In this document: in pieces, positions 10,159 through 19,556 of the stretch
Layout: each line of letters starts with the position of its first letter
Position numbering within the stretch: position 1 is the first letter of the stretch
DNA from: Fibrobacteria bacterium
GTDB lineage: Bacteria; Fibrobacterota; Fibrobacteria; UBA11236
NCBI GenBank assembly: GCA_043732185.1
Contig: JAYTHY010000023.1
Location: 1-64,000, forward strand
Direction: 5' to 3'
Length of the DNA: 64,000 nucleotides
The notes under the pieces: generated by a model
The model's input: the letters and a program-made list of their open reading frames with translations, nothing else
Told to the model about the DNA's origin: nothing
The model's database searches: none
Position numbers and translations under genes: made by a program

Positions 10159-11625
10159 TCAGCTCGCGAGTTCTGTCTGCGAACGATTTTTCGCATACAG
10201 CATCGACGCATGCCCCTGCAAAAACTCATCCACATGCCGCGCACATTCCCGGCCTTCTGAAATGGCCCACACAACCAAGGACTGACCGCGACGCATATCA
10301 CCGGCTACATAAACGCCTTCAACGGAAGTCTCATATCGGCCATCCGCCTTAACATTGCCGCGCTCATCCTTTTCAACTCCAAGCTGCTCCAGCAATCCTA
10401 GAGGCTCAGGATAGAGAAACCCCATCGCAAGGAAAACCATTTCCGCTTGCATAAAGAATTCGGAGCCCGGAATTTCCACAGGCCTGCCTCCCGTCCATTC
10501 TAGGCGCACACAATTGATGCCTTTGAGGTTTCCATTTTCATCTTTGACGAATTCCTTGGATTGCACGGACCAGTCTCTTTCACAACCCTCTGCTTGCGAC
10601 GAAGACGTGCTGAGCATTCGGGGACCCGGATGATTGGGCCATGCCGTCTCTACCGTGCGAGCAGGCGGAGGTTTTGGCAACAGTTCAATTTGCGTAACCG
10701 AGGCGGCGCCTTGCCGTATCGACGTGCCGACGCAATCAGAGCCCGTATCACCGCCTCCGATTACAACTACGTGTTTGCCGGTTGCCATGATGGTTTCGGC
10801 AGCTGGAATGGTATCGCCAGCCACGCGCTTATTGCTTTGCGTCAAAAAGGGAATTGCAAAATGCACGCCTTTGGCATCACGGCCTAGGATGGGAAGATCG
10901 CGGGCTGCGGTAGAACCGCCGGCCAAAACAATAGCATCGAATTTTTGTTTGAGATCGGAGACGGGAATGCTCACGCCGATATTGGCATTGGTCACAAACT
11001 TGACGCCTTCCTTCTCCATGATTTCGACGCGGCGCGCAACATGCTTTTTGTCCAATTTGAAATCTGGAATGCCATACCGCAGCAGTCCGCCGATGCGGTC
11101 CGCGCGTTCATAAACGGTAACATGATGGCCGGCTTTGTTCAATTGGTCCGCAGCTGCGAGACCGGCTGGCCCGGAACCCACTACGGCTACACTTTTTTCA
11201 GTGCGAAATGCTGGCGGCTGCGGATCCATCCAGCCTTGAGCGTAGGCGAAATCGATGATGGACACTTCGATATTCTTGATCGTCACCGGCGGCTTATTGA
11301 TGCCGAGCACGCAGGCGGATTCGCAAGGCGCGGGGCAAATGCGTCCCGTAAATTCCGGAAAGTTATTGGTGCTGAGCAAGGTTTTCAGCGCTGCCTGCCA
11401 CTTGCCGTTGTAGACCTGATCATTGAAGTCAGGAATGATATTGCCAAGCGGACAGCCGGTGTGGCAGAAGGGCACGCCACAATCCATACAACGCGCCCCT
11501 TGGGACTCCAATTCTTCTTTGGCAAGCGGTACGGCAAATTCCTGATAATTTTTGACGCGGGATTCCACCGGCAAATAGTTTGGTGTCTTGCGATCGATTT
11601 CTTTGAACCCGGTAACCTTACCCAT
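10159..11625 (-). CDS. gltD: Glutamate synthase small subunit
   Basis: MGKVTGF start, RCMDCGVPFCH, TNNFPEFTGRICPAPCE, GSGPAGL, GGGDTGSDC, GDMRRGQSLVVWAI. Start moved from 11784 to 11625. Confidence 0.97.
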   Translation of the reverse strand: MGKVTGFKEIDRKTPNYLPVESRVKNYQEFAVPLAKEELESQGARCMDCGVPFCHTGCPLGNIIPDFNDQVYNGKWQAALKTLLSTNNFPEFTGRICPAPCESACVLGINKPPVTIKNIEVSIIDFAYAQGWMDPQPPAFRTEKSVAVVGSGPAGLAAADQLNKAGHHVTVYERADRIGGLLRYGIPDFKLDKKHVARRVEIMEKEGVKFVTNANIGVSIPVSDLKQKFDAIVLAGGSTAARDLPILGRDAKGVHFAIPFLTQSNKRVAGDTIPAAETIMATGKHVVVIGGGDTGSDCVGTSIRQGAASVTQIELLPKPPPARTVETAWPNHPGPRMLSTSSSQAEGCERDWSVQSKEFVKDENGNLKGINCVRLEWTGGRPVEIPGSEFFMQAEMVFLAMGFLYPEPLGLLEQLGVEKDERGNVKADGRYETSVEGVYVAGDMRRGQSLVVWAISEGRECARHVDEFLQGHASMLYAKNRSQTELAS

Positions 11626-11626
11626 T

Positions 11627-14600
11627 TTAATTCTTCCCTTTCGCGGCATTTTCCAGCGCCAAGTCCGCCAAGGCCCGCTTATAATCGCGGGGCATGACTT
11701 TGATAAACTTGGACACGTTTCCCTTCCAATCCGCCAAGATATCCTTAGCGGATTTGCTGCCGGTATATTCCAGATGTTTTTCAATCATGCCCTGAAGTTC
11801 CATGGACTCTTCAGCCAGTGTGATTTCTTCGAGCTCGACCATTTCCTTATTGATGCGCCCTGCGCTCTTACCATAGGGATCCCATAAGTAAGCGATGCCA
11901 CCGCTCATGCCGGCTGCAAAGTTTTTTCCGATTTCACCCAGGACGATGCAACGCCCGCCAGTCATATATTCCGCACCGTGATCGCCGCAGCTTTCCACTA
12001 CCACTCGGGCACCGGAATTTCTCACACAGAAGCGCTCCCCGGCCATACCGAGCACGTACGCAACACCGGCGGTGGCGCCGTAGAAGGACACATTACCGAT
12101 AATGACATTATCGCGAGGCACAAATGTGGACTTGCGTGGCGGGTACAGGATCAATTTTCCGCCCGAGAGTCCCTTGCCAAAATAATCGTTGGCCTCGCCT
12201 TCCAGCTCCAAAGTCAAACCACGGGCTGCGAACGCTCCAAAACTTTGACCAGCCGATCCCGTAAACTTGAACTTAATCGTGTCTTCTAAAAGCCCATCTT
12301 CACCATATTTTCTGGAAATGTTCGAGGAAAGTATGGTGCCCACCGTGCGATTGACATTTCGAATCGCGAATTCCGCCTGCACCGGTTTGGCCTCTTCCAG
12401 CGCGGGCTTGGCAGCTTCCATGAGTTTCCAATCCAAGGCTTTTTCAAGACCATGGTCCTGGCGCTCACAGCAAAATGTTCCGATGCCCTTATGGGTCTCG
12501 GCCATGTTGTACAGCAATTTATTGAGATCGAGCTGCTTGGCTTTCCAATGCTTGACTTCACGGCGTGGGGCCAATTTATCCACGCGGCCCACCATCTCGT
12601 TGATGGTTCGGAATCCCAACATGGCCATGTGTTCCCGTAAATCCTGGGCTAGGAATCGGAAGTAATTGACCACATGATCGGCTTCCCCGCTAAATAACTT
12701 TCGCAGATCCGGATCCTGAGTCGCAACGCCTACCGGGCAAGTATTCAGATGACACTTGCGCATCATGATGCAGCCCAGCACCACCAAACCGGCAGTAGCC
12801 ACGCCCCATTCTTCAGCACCGAGCAAAGTTGCAATGGCAATGTCTCGGCCCGTACGCAGTTGGCCATCCGTTTGCAGGACCACGCGCGCGCGCAAACCGT
12901 TTTTGATGAGCACTTGATGGGCTTCGGACAAACCCAGTTCCCAAGGCAAACCCGCGTGCTTGATGGACGTGAGTGGCGACGCGCCTGTTCCACCGTCATG
13001 GCCGGAAATGAGGATGACATCCGAATGCGCCTTCGCCACACCGGCGGCTACAGTACCCACGCCTACCTCGGCCACCAGCTTAACGGCGATCCGGGCCCGG
13101 TCATTGCTGTTCTTCAGATCATAAATCAGCTGGGCCAAATCCTCGATGGAATAAATATCGTGATGCGGAGGAGGCGAAATAAGCCCCACTCCTGCAGTGG
13201 AATGACGCGTCTTGGCGATAGACTTGTCCACCTTCCAACCGGGCAGCTGTCCGCCTTCACCGGGCTTGGCACCCTGGGCCATCTTGATTTGCAATTCATC
13301 CGCGTTCACCAAATAGTTGGAGGTTACCCCAAATCGGCCCGAGGCAACTTGCTTGATGGACGAGCGCATGCTATCACCATTTGCCATAGGCGCAAAACGC
13401 GAAGCGTCTTCCCCACCTTCACCGGTATTGCTTTTTCCACCGATGCGGTTCATGGCAATGGCCATAGTGGTATGCGCTTCCCAGCTAATTGAACCATAGG
13501 ACATGGCTCCGCTGGCAAATCGCTTGAGAATGCTTTCCACTGACTCCACGGTGTCGATGGGAATGGGTGTTACCCCTTGGAATTCCAATAGCCCGCGGAT
13601 GGTATACAAGTTTTTAGACTGATCATCGACCAGCTTGCTGAATTCCTTATACGTATTGTAATTGTTGGTCCTGGCAGAATGTTGCAGCTTATGTATGGTA
13701 TCGGGATTGAACAGATGCCGCTCGCCCCTTTGTCGCCATTGATATTGCCCGCCCACTTCCAATTCAGTTCCATTGTCTTCACCCGATTCCGGATAAGCAA
13801 ATCGGTGGCGGAGCAACGTTTCCTCTTCCAAGGTATTCAGGTCGATGCCGCCCAGACGGGAAATGGTTCCCGTAAAATACTCTTCGATAACATCCGTACT
13901 CAGGCCCACGGCTTCAAAAATCTGCGCGCCGATATAGGACTGGATGGTCGAGATGCCCATTTTGGAAATGACTTTAAGCAAGCCCTTGTTGATGGACTTG
14001 AGCATCAGCAACTGCGCCTTTTCGGATGTCAAGTCTTCCTTAAGTAATCTGCGCCGTCGCATATCCTCAATGGTCTCAAAGGCCAAATAGGGATTGATGG
14101 CACTGGCACCATAGCCTAACAACAACGCAAAGTGGTGCACTTCCCGAGCTTCTCCGGTTTCAATGATGATGCCGCATTGCGACCGAGTTCCCTCGCGGAT
14201 GAGATGATGGTGCACGGCCGATACTGCCAGCAAAGAAGGAATAGCCGCATGATCGGAATCGATGGGCTTATCGGACAAAACGATAACGTTGTAGCCTTCC
14301 TGTACGGCTTCCGAAGCATGGCGACGGATCCGCTCCAATGCATTTTGCAGACGATTTTCACCACCCGAAGCCTTGAAAACGATGGGAATGGTTTTGGCCT
14401 GAAAGTGATTCTTGTCTACCCAGCGCAAGCGTTCCAAATCATCGTTGGTGAGCACGGGCTGCGGCAGCTCGATAACGCGGCAATGCTTTTCTGTTTCATC
14501 CAGCAGGTTGTCTTCCTTACCTACAAAGGAGGTCAGTGACATGACCATCTCTTCCCTATCTTTGTCGATTGGCGGATTGGTGACTTGGGCGAACAATTGA

Positions 14601-16168
14601 TGGAAATAATCGAAAAGGTTTCGCGACTTGTCGGACAGTACGGCGAGCGGCGCATCGTTACCCATGGAGCCGAGCGCTTCTTCGCCCGAGTTGACCATAG
14701 GCGCCATAAGGATACGTAGGTCTTCCAGTGAATAACCAAAAGTTTTCTGCCGTTTCAGCACCGTTTCCGGATCCGGCTGCCGAATTTCCCGTGGCGGTTT
14801 TAGGCTGGAAATTTCGATTTTATTCTTGGCCAACCACTTCGCATAGGGTTTGCGAGATGCGATGCGATGCTTGATTTCGTCATCGGGTATGATTCGGCCT
14901 TCTTCCAAACTCACCACGAACATGCGCCCAGGCTGCAATCGCCCCTTTAGCTTGATGGTCTCGGCAGGGAATTCCAACACACCGGCTTCCGATGCCATGA
15001 TCAAGATGTCGTCATTGTTCAGTTGGTAACGGGAGGGACGCAGTCCATTCCGATCCAAGGTGGCACCGATAACCTGGCCATCCGTAAAGGCCACGGATGC
15101 GGGACCGTCCCACGGTTCCATCAAGGTTCCATGGTACTCGTAAAAAGCTTTTTTTTCCGGACTCATCTCCGGATCCTTTTCCCACGCTTCCGGAATAACC
15201 ATCATCATCACATGCGGCAAGGAACGACCGGACATGACCAAAAGCTCAACCACATTGTCCAGCTTGGCCGAGTCTGAACCGCGGGCATCGATAATGGGCA
15301 GTAGTTTCTTGATTTCGTCCGGAGTAAATAGTTTGGATTTGAGCAAGGATTCCCGTGACTTCATCCAGTTTTCATTGCCGCGCAGCGTATTGATTTCACC
15401 GTTGTGAGCGATGTACCGGAAGGGATGAGCCAAGGGCCAAGTGGGAAACGTATTCGTGGAAAAACGGCTGTGCACCAATGCCAGCGCAGATTCGTAGCTG
15501 TCATCGTTCAAATCCGGAAAGTAATGCATCACCTGTGGGGACAAGAACAAGCCCTTGTAGACGATGGTACGCCAGGAAAGCGATCCCACATAAAAAGTGT
15601 CGCTGCCGGGCAAACCGCTTTCCCGGATCATGCGTTCAGAATATTTACGGATCACGTATAGCTTGCGCTCAAACGCCTCACCATCCTTGGCATTCTTACC
15701 GCGCTTAATGAAAACCTGATAATGCGCAGGCTCGGTGCGTTTGACCGAGGTTCCCAATTCCGAATTGTTAGTCGGTATCGCTCGCCAACCAATAATTGTT
15801 TGACCGCTCTCCTCTACGCAACGGGCAAATACCTTTTGGATTTCCTTGCGGTCTCCGTCGGATTTGGGTAGGAACATTTGCCCCACGCCATAATCACCGG
15901 GATGGGGTAAAGAAAAGCCCAGCTCCACGGACTTCTTAAGAAAGAAAGCATGCGGGATTTGGGTGATAATGCCTGCGCCGTCACCGGAATTCCATTCCGC
16001 TCCGGCGGCACCGCGGTGCTCCATGTTGACCAAGAGCTGAATGCCTTTGGCCACGATATCATGGGATTTCTTTCCTTTAATATGAACGACAAAGCCAACG
16101 CCACAGGCATCGTGTTCGTTCTGGCAATCGTATAAGCCTTCCTGTTCCGGAAATCCTAGAGCCTTCAT
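11627..16168 (-). CDS. gltB: Glutamate synthase large subunit
   Basis: EHDACGVGF (N-terminal Cys nucleophile), HSRFSTNT, HNGEIN, QGAKPGEGG, CIMMRKCHLNTCPVGVATQ (3Fe-4S), GXGXG C-terminal repeats. Confidence 0.98.
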   Translation of the reverse strand: MKALGFPEQEGLYDCQNEHDACGVGFVVHIKGKKSHDIVAKGIQLLVNMEHRGAAGAEWNSGDGAGIITQIPHAFFLKKSVELGFSLPHPGDYGVGQMFLPKSDGDRKEIQKVFARCVEESGQTIIGWRAIPTNNSELGTSVKRTEPAHYQVFIKRGKNAKDGEAFERKLYVIRKYSERMIRESGLPGSDTFYVGSLSWRTIVYKGLFLSPQVMHYFPDLNDDSYESALALVHSRFSTNTFPTWPLAHPFRYIAHNGEINTLRGNENWMKSRESLLKSKLFTPDEIKKLLPIIDARGSDSAKLDNVVELLVMSGRSLPHVMMMVIPEAWEKDPEMSPEKKAFYEYHGTLMEPWDGPASVAFTDGQVIGATLDRNGLRPSRYQLNNDDILIMASEAGVLEFPAETIKLKGRLQPGRMFVVSLEEGRIIPDDEIKHRIASRKPYAKWLAKNKIEISSLKPPREIRQPDPETVLKRQKTFGYSLEDLRILMAPMVNSGEEALGSMGNDAPLAVLSDKSRNLFDYFHQLFAQVTNPPIDKDREEMVMSLTSFVGKEDNLLDETEKHCRVIELPQPVLTNDDLERLRWVDKNHFQAKTIPIVFKASGGENRLQNALERIRRHASEAVQEGYNVIVLSDKPIDSDHAAIPSLLAVSAVHHHLIREGTRSQCGIIIETGEAREVHHFALLLGYGASAINPYLAFETIEDMRRRRLLKEDLTSEKAQLLMLKSINKGLLKVISKMGISTIQSYIGAQIFEAVGLSTDVIEEYFTGTISRLGGIDLNTLEEETLLRHRFAYPESGEDNGTELEVGGQYQWRQRGERHLFNPDTIHKLQHSARTNNYNTYKEFSKLVDDQSKNLYTIRGLLEFQGVTPIPIDTVESVESILKRFASGAMSYGSISWEAHTTMAIAMNRIGGKSNTGEGGEDASRFAPMANGDSMRSSIKQVASGRFGVTSNYLVNADELQIKMAQGAKPGEGGQLPGWKVDKSIAKTRHSTAGVGLISPPPHHDIYSIEDLAQLIYDLKNSNDRARIAVKLVAEVGVGTVAAGVAKAHSDVILISGHDGGTGASPLTSIKHAGLPWELGLSEAHQVLIKNGLRARVVLQTDGQLRTGRDIAIATLLGAEEWGVATAGLVVLGCIMMRKCHLNTCPVGVATQDPDLRKLFSGEADHVVNYFRFLAQDLREHMAMLGFRTINEMVGRVDKLAPRREVKHWKAKQLDLNKLLYNMAETHKGIGTFCCERQDHGLEKALDWKLMEAAKPALEEAKPVQAEFAIRNVNRTVGTILSSNISRKYGEDGLLEDTIKFKFTGSAGQSFGAFAARGLTLELEGEANDYFGKGLSGGKLILYPPRKSTFVPRDNVIIGNVSFYGATAGVAYVLGMAGERFCVRNSGARVVVESCGDHGAEYMTGGRCIVLGEIGKNFAAGMSGGIAYLWDPYGKSAGRINKEMVELEEITLAEESMELQGMIEKHLEYTGSKSAKDILADWKGNVSKFIKVMPRDYKRALADLALENAAKGKN

Positions 16169-16210
16169 GATTATCTTCCTACCTTAACCGATGGGTATAA
16201 GCTCTTTATA

Positions 16211-16223
16211 AATCAGCAACTTA
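16211..16223. promoter_or_regulatory. IHF-like site upstream of gltB
   Basis: AATCAGCAACTTA matches the WATCARNNNNTTR consensus and lies in an AT-rich intergenic region. Confidence 0.3.
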
Positions 16224-16349
16224 TACGAAACATTTATTTTAAAAAAACCGCATTAAAGTCCGATTGAATATTCTGGCCATCAGCTTGGCCGAATCGCCTC
16301 GGGTTGCAGCTGGCAAAAATAGGAAGTATTCCGGATTTTTCACCCTATT

Positions 16350-16922
16350 TTATAGGGAAGCCAAAAAAGTCCGTAGGGGAGCAGGACCACCTTGCCAAAT
16401 CGATTCGGGGGCCAATAAGAGCCTTTTAACATCAATGGTCCAGATTTCCCAGGCCTTCAGCTCCACTTCTTGGGCCAATTGACCGGATCCCCAACCGGAA
16501 TACCCTAAAAACATGCGCAATGCCTGCGTGTCGGCATCGAGCACCCCTTCTTGCTCACTCCAATCGCCCCCCAAATAGACACTTGGTGAAACACAAATTG
16601 AGCCGGGAACCGGCTCCTCTGTAACCTGTAAAATTTGCAATTCTTCCGGCTGCACAGGTCCGCCAATATAAACCTTCTGCTTGCGCCCAATATCCCCAGC
16701 CCAGACCATAGGTTTGTCGAATATTTCGGATAGCGGCATATGCGACGGCCTATTCAGGACCAGACCGTAAGACCCTTCATTCCCGTGCTGGCAGATTAAA
16801 ACGGCCGCTGCTTGGAAATTTGGATCCGACATATCTCGAGCTAAAAGCAGGGCACCCGATTTGAGTTTTCCCACATTGTCAGACGGCTGCGATTCGCCGG
16901 GGGTGCGATGGGATTTGGACAT
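16350..16922 (-). CDS. YqgE/AlgH family protein (DUF179)
   Basis: DPNFQAAAVLICQHGNEGSYGLVLNRP, YIGGPV, RMFLGYSGWGSGQLAQE. Start set at MSKSH (16922). Confidence 0.9.
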   Translation of the reverse strand: MSKSHRTPGESQPSDNVGKLKSGALLLARDMSDPNFQAAAVLICQHGNEGSYGLVLNRPSHMPLSEIFDKPMVWAGDIGRKQKVYIGGPVQPEELQILQVTEEPVPGSICVSPSVYLGGDWSEQEGVLDADTQALRMFLGYSGWGSGQLAQEVELKAWEIWTIDVKRLLLAPESIWQGGPAPLRTFLASL

Positions 16923-17105
16923 ATTGGGAATATAGAAATTGAGGGTGTTGGAGTAATCCGGCCGACCAGCCAACTCAAGAGACCATGCATAAGCAAATAA
17001 CCCCTTGGGTTCTTTTGTAAAACACGCTCTTTTTAGGCCAATAACTTGGAAGAATTCCCTCAAGCCATCCACTGGATTACCGATACCTAAAAGAGGGAGC
17101 AAAAA

Positions 17106-17636
17106 ATGGAAAACCAATCGCATGCCACAGATGACCGAATCCTCGGTAGAGGGTTGTCCAACACTTCACGGGTTCGCAAAGAAATCCGGTCTTGCAATCA
17201 CCCCGCCTGCAAAAAGCGTTTCGAGGGTTCGCCGACCTCCCTTTATTGCACCGATCACCGCACCCGCAAAAGCCGTGCAGAACGATTCGTCCCCAAAGCC
17301 GTTCCCAAGCCAGAAGCGTTTAACCTTGTCATTGAACCGAGCAGCATTCAGCCTGTGCAAAAGACCATGGCATGCTCACTGCCCCAATGTGGACGCAATT
17401 ACACTTTCACCATTTATCAGGACCACAATATCTATCCCAGGTACTGCGATTTGCACCGTACCGAATACAAACGCGTGCATTTCCAAAGGATGCTGAACTC
17501 AGGACGCAAGCCAGATTTTACAGCGTCACAGTTTGAAAAATGGTCCGATTACGAAATGCAATTCGAGGAATACGCATTACTGCAACCCCATGTCGTACCC
17601 TTTCCACCAAAAAAGCCACGGGGGCAGATTCACTAG
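17106..17636 (+). CDS. Hypothetical basic protein with two C-x4-C...YC-x2-HR putative zinc fingers
   Basis: GAGGGAG RBS. Motifs CNHPAC-x12-CTDHR and CSLPQC-x18-CDLHR. Confidence 0.8.
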   Translation: MENQSHATDDRILGRGLSNTSRVRKEIRSCNHPACKKRFEGSPTSLYCTDHRTRKSRAERFVPKAVPKPEAFNLVIEPSSIQPVQKTMACSLPQCGRNYTFTIYQDHNIYPRYCDLHRTEYKRVHFQRMLNSGRKPDFTASQFEKWSDYEMQFEEYALLQPHVVPFPPKKPRGQIH

Positions 17637-17662
17637 GATTTTTTCTGGCCTATAAAGGCTCA

Positions 17663-17758
17663 GATTCGAGTAGCCGGCATAGCGCCCGGCGCACTGGTGC
17701 GGCATAGCGACCGCACCAGCAATTGAGCGGAGCGAGTCCATCTCGCTCCGCTTTTTTT
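17663..17758 (+). ncRNA. Candidate structured RNA: two hairpins with identical CAUAGCG loops followed by an intrinsic terminator
   Basis: Stems GCCGG/CCGGC (17673-77/17686-90) and CTGGTGCGG/CCGCACCAG (17694-702/17711-19), with loops CATAGCGC and CATAGCGA. Possible promoter TTCACT(17629)-N16-TATAAA(17651). Confidence 0.55.
17726..17758 (+). terminator. Rho-independent terminator
   Basis: Perfect 11 bp stem AGCGGAGCGAG/CTCGCTCCGCT, 5 nt loop, followed by a T run. Confidence 0.9.
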
Positions 17759-18013
17759 CTGCCATTTTTTCGAGATGAAACTACGGAGTTTCGATTTTAG
17801 TCATTTTTGATAGGGACGTCCCAGGATAAAATCCAAATTAGCCCCAAATTGGACACGAAAACATAAAACTTGCCCATGTTGAGCCTTTCAATATTCAAAA
17901 AATTGTCACTTTAAGCTACATTACACCGGACACGTTTTCCGAAGTCGAAACTCAGGACCATTTCCTCGTGTTTTGCCTGTTGGAACCACTTAAAAATTTG
18001 GGAATACGATAAG

Positions 18014-19534
18014 ATGCCTTCACTGATCATCTATTTTATGTTTGGCCTTTATGCTCTAGCCTCGATTGGGCTGTTTACCTACGGCATCAATTGTTACTGG
18101 CTTCTGGCTTTATTTCTGAAGAATAAGCGTAAAGAGGTCGTGCATGACCGCAGAAAAATACGCCGTTTCTATTCCGAAGATGGCCTGGCCAAGCTTCCTA
18201 TAGTAACGACTCAGCTCCCTGTTTATAATGAGAGGAATGTGATAGAGCGCCTGATCCGGTCAGTATGCGCGATGGAATACCCCGCCGACCGACATGAAAT
18301 TCAAGTACTGGACGATTCTACAGATGGTTCCGAAAAAATCTCGGCGAGATTAGTGGCCGAAATGCGCGCCAAGGGCCATGACATCGTGCTCATTCACCGC
18401 ACCAATCGCCATGATTATAAGGCTGGAGCCCTGAATGATGGTATGCAGGTATGTAAGGGCGAATTCATCGCCATCTTCGACGCGGATTTTGTTCCGCCAA
18501 CCGACTACCTAATGCGCTGCGTTCCATTCCTCTGTATTGACAAGGAAATTGGCCTGGTACAAGCCCGCTGGGGACATCTCAATTCCCAAGAATCATCTTT
18601 GACACTGGCCCAAAGCATCGGCATCGACGGCCATTTTGTAATTGAGCAAAGCGCACGTTCTTGGGGCCGCTTGTTCATGAACTTTAACGGCACGGCCGGT
18701 ATCTGGAGAAAGACTGCCATTGAAACCTCAGGCGGCTGGCAAGGCGATACCCTAACGGAAGATATGGATTTATCATACCGGGCGCAATTGCACGGCTGGC
18801 GCATGAAGTTTCTGTATGACGTGGTTGTTCCTGCAGAACTCCCATCCGACATCAATGCCTTCAAATCCCAACAGTTCCGCTGGGCCAAAGGCTCGATTCA
18901 AACCGCCATGAAACTGTTGCCACAGGTCATGAAATCCGATGTGCCTTTAAAAGTCAAGCTGCAAAGCGTGCTACACACCACCCATTACGCCATTCATCCT
19001 TTGATGCTGCTCACTGCATTGCTGGCGCTACCTTTACTGTACTGGTTTCCATTCAAGGTCAGCACCTCCGCCTTTACTGGGCTATGCGTACTCATCCTAA
19101 TTTCCTCTCTCGCGCCTTCCATCCTTTATTTAGTAGCGCAAAGAGTGTCTCGAAAAAATTGGAAGAGCCGAATCCTGTCCTTGCCTACCTTGATGGCGCT
19201 GGGCGTTGGTGTGGCGTTGAACAATACCCGTGCCGTTCTATCTGCCTTGTCCGGTCAGAAGGGCGCATTTATCCGCACCCCTAAAGCCGGTGACAAGACA
19301 GTACAGGTCTACAAATCCAAATTTCCCTATGCTTCGATGTTTGAGCTGGCCATTGGCATTTACTGTTTCATCGGATTTATGCAGTACACGAGTGCCGAGA
19401 AATACCTTGTGGGACCCTTCTTGGGTTTGTATGCGGTAGGATTTACGGTGGTAGGCTGTATGTCGTTATCTCATTATTTGAAGAAACTCTATTTGATCAA
19501 GTTTACCGCTGTTACTGTTCTCAAAGAGGCTTAG
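18014..19534 (+). CDS. Processive-type GT2 glycosyltransferase (cellulose-synthase-like, CslA-type)
   Basis: QLPVYNE, QVLDDS, KAGAL, FDADF, TEDMDLSYRAQ, QQFRW motif, multiple TM helices. Confidence 0.92.
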   Translation: MPSLIIYFMFGLYALASIGLFTYGINCYWLLALFLKNKRKEVVHDRRKIRRFYSEDGLAKLPIVTTQLPVYNERNVIERLIRSVCAMEYPADRHEIQVLDDSTDGSEKISARLVAEMRAKGHDIVLIHRTNRHDYKAGALNDGMQVCKGEFIAIFDADFVPPTDYLMRCVPFLCIDKEIGLVQARWGHLNSQESSLTLAQSIGIDGHFVIEQSARSWGRLFMNFNGTAGIWRKTAIETSGGWQGDTLTEDMDLSYRAQLHGWRMKFLYDVVVPAELPSDINAFKSQQFRWAKGSIQTAMKLLPQVMKSDVPLKVKLQSVLHTTHYAIHPLMLLTALLALPLLYWFPFKVSTSAFTGLCVLILISSLAPSILYLVAQRVSRKNWKSRILSLPTLMALGVGVALNNTRAVLSALSGQKGAFIRTPKAGDKTVQVYKSKFPYASMFELAIGIYCFIGFMQYTSAEKYLVGPFLGLYAVGFTVVGCMSLSHYLKKLYLIKFTAVTVLKEA

Positions 19535-19556
19535 TCTTCTGGGCCAGGGCTGGGCA

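Noticed and set aside
11626..11784. N-terminal extensions in the ORF track for gltD (also YqgE, obgE, wza, hemE, queA)
   Set aside because: They overlap neighbours or precede the family-typical start, so starts were trimmed.
10561..16135. Many 100-250 aa ORFs antisense or in alternate frames over gltD/gltB (similar ones overlie other genes)
   Set aside because: They are shadows of strongly conserved genes, with no motifs or RBS.
16260..16320. Possible sigma54 promoter for gltB
   Set aside because: TGGC is present on the minus strand but the -12 position reads CA, not GC.
17655..17760. tRNA, SRP RNA or mini-CRISPR interpretation of the twin-hairpin element
   Set aside because: No T-arm/acceptor cloverleaf, no SRP helix 8 motif, only two 14 nt units 25 nt apart, and no cas genes.
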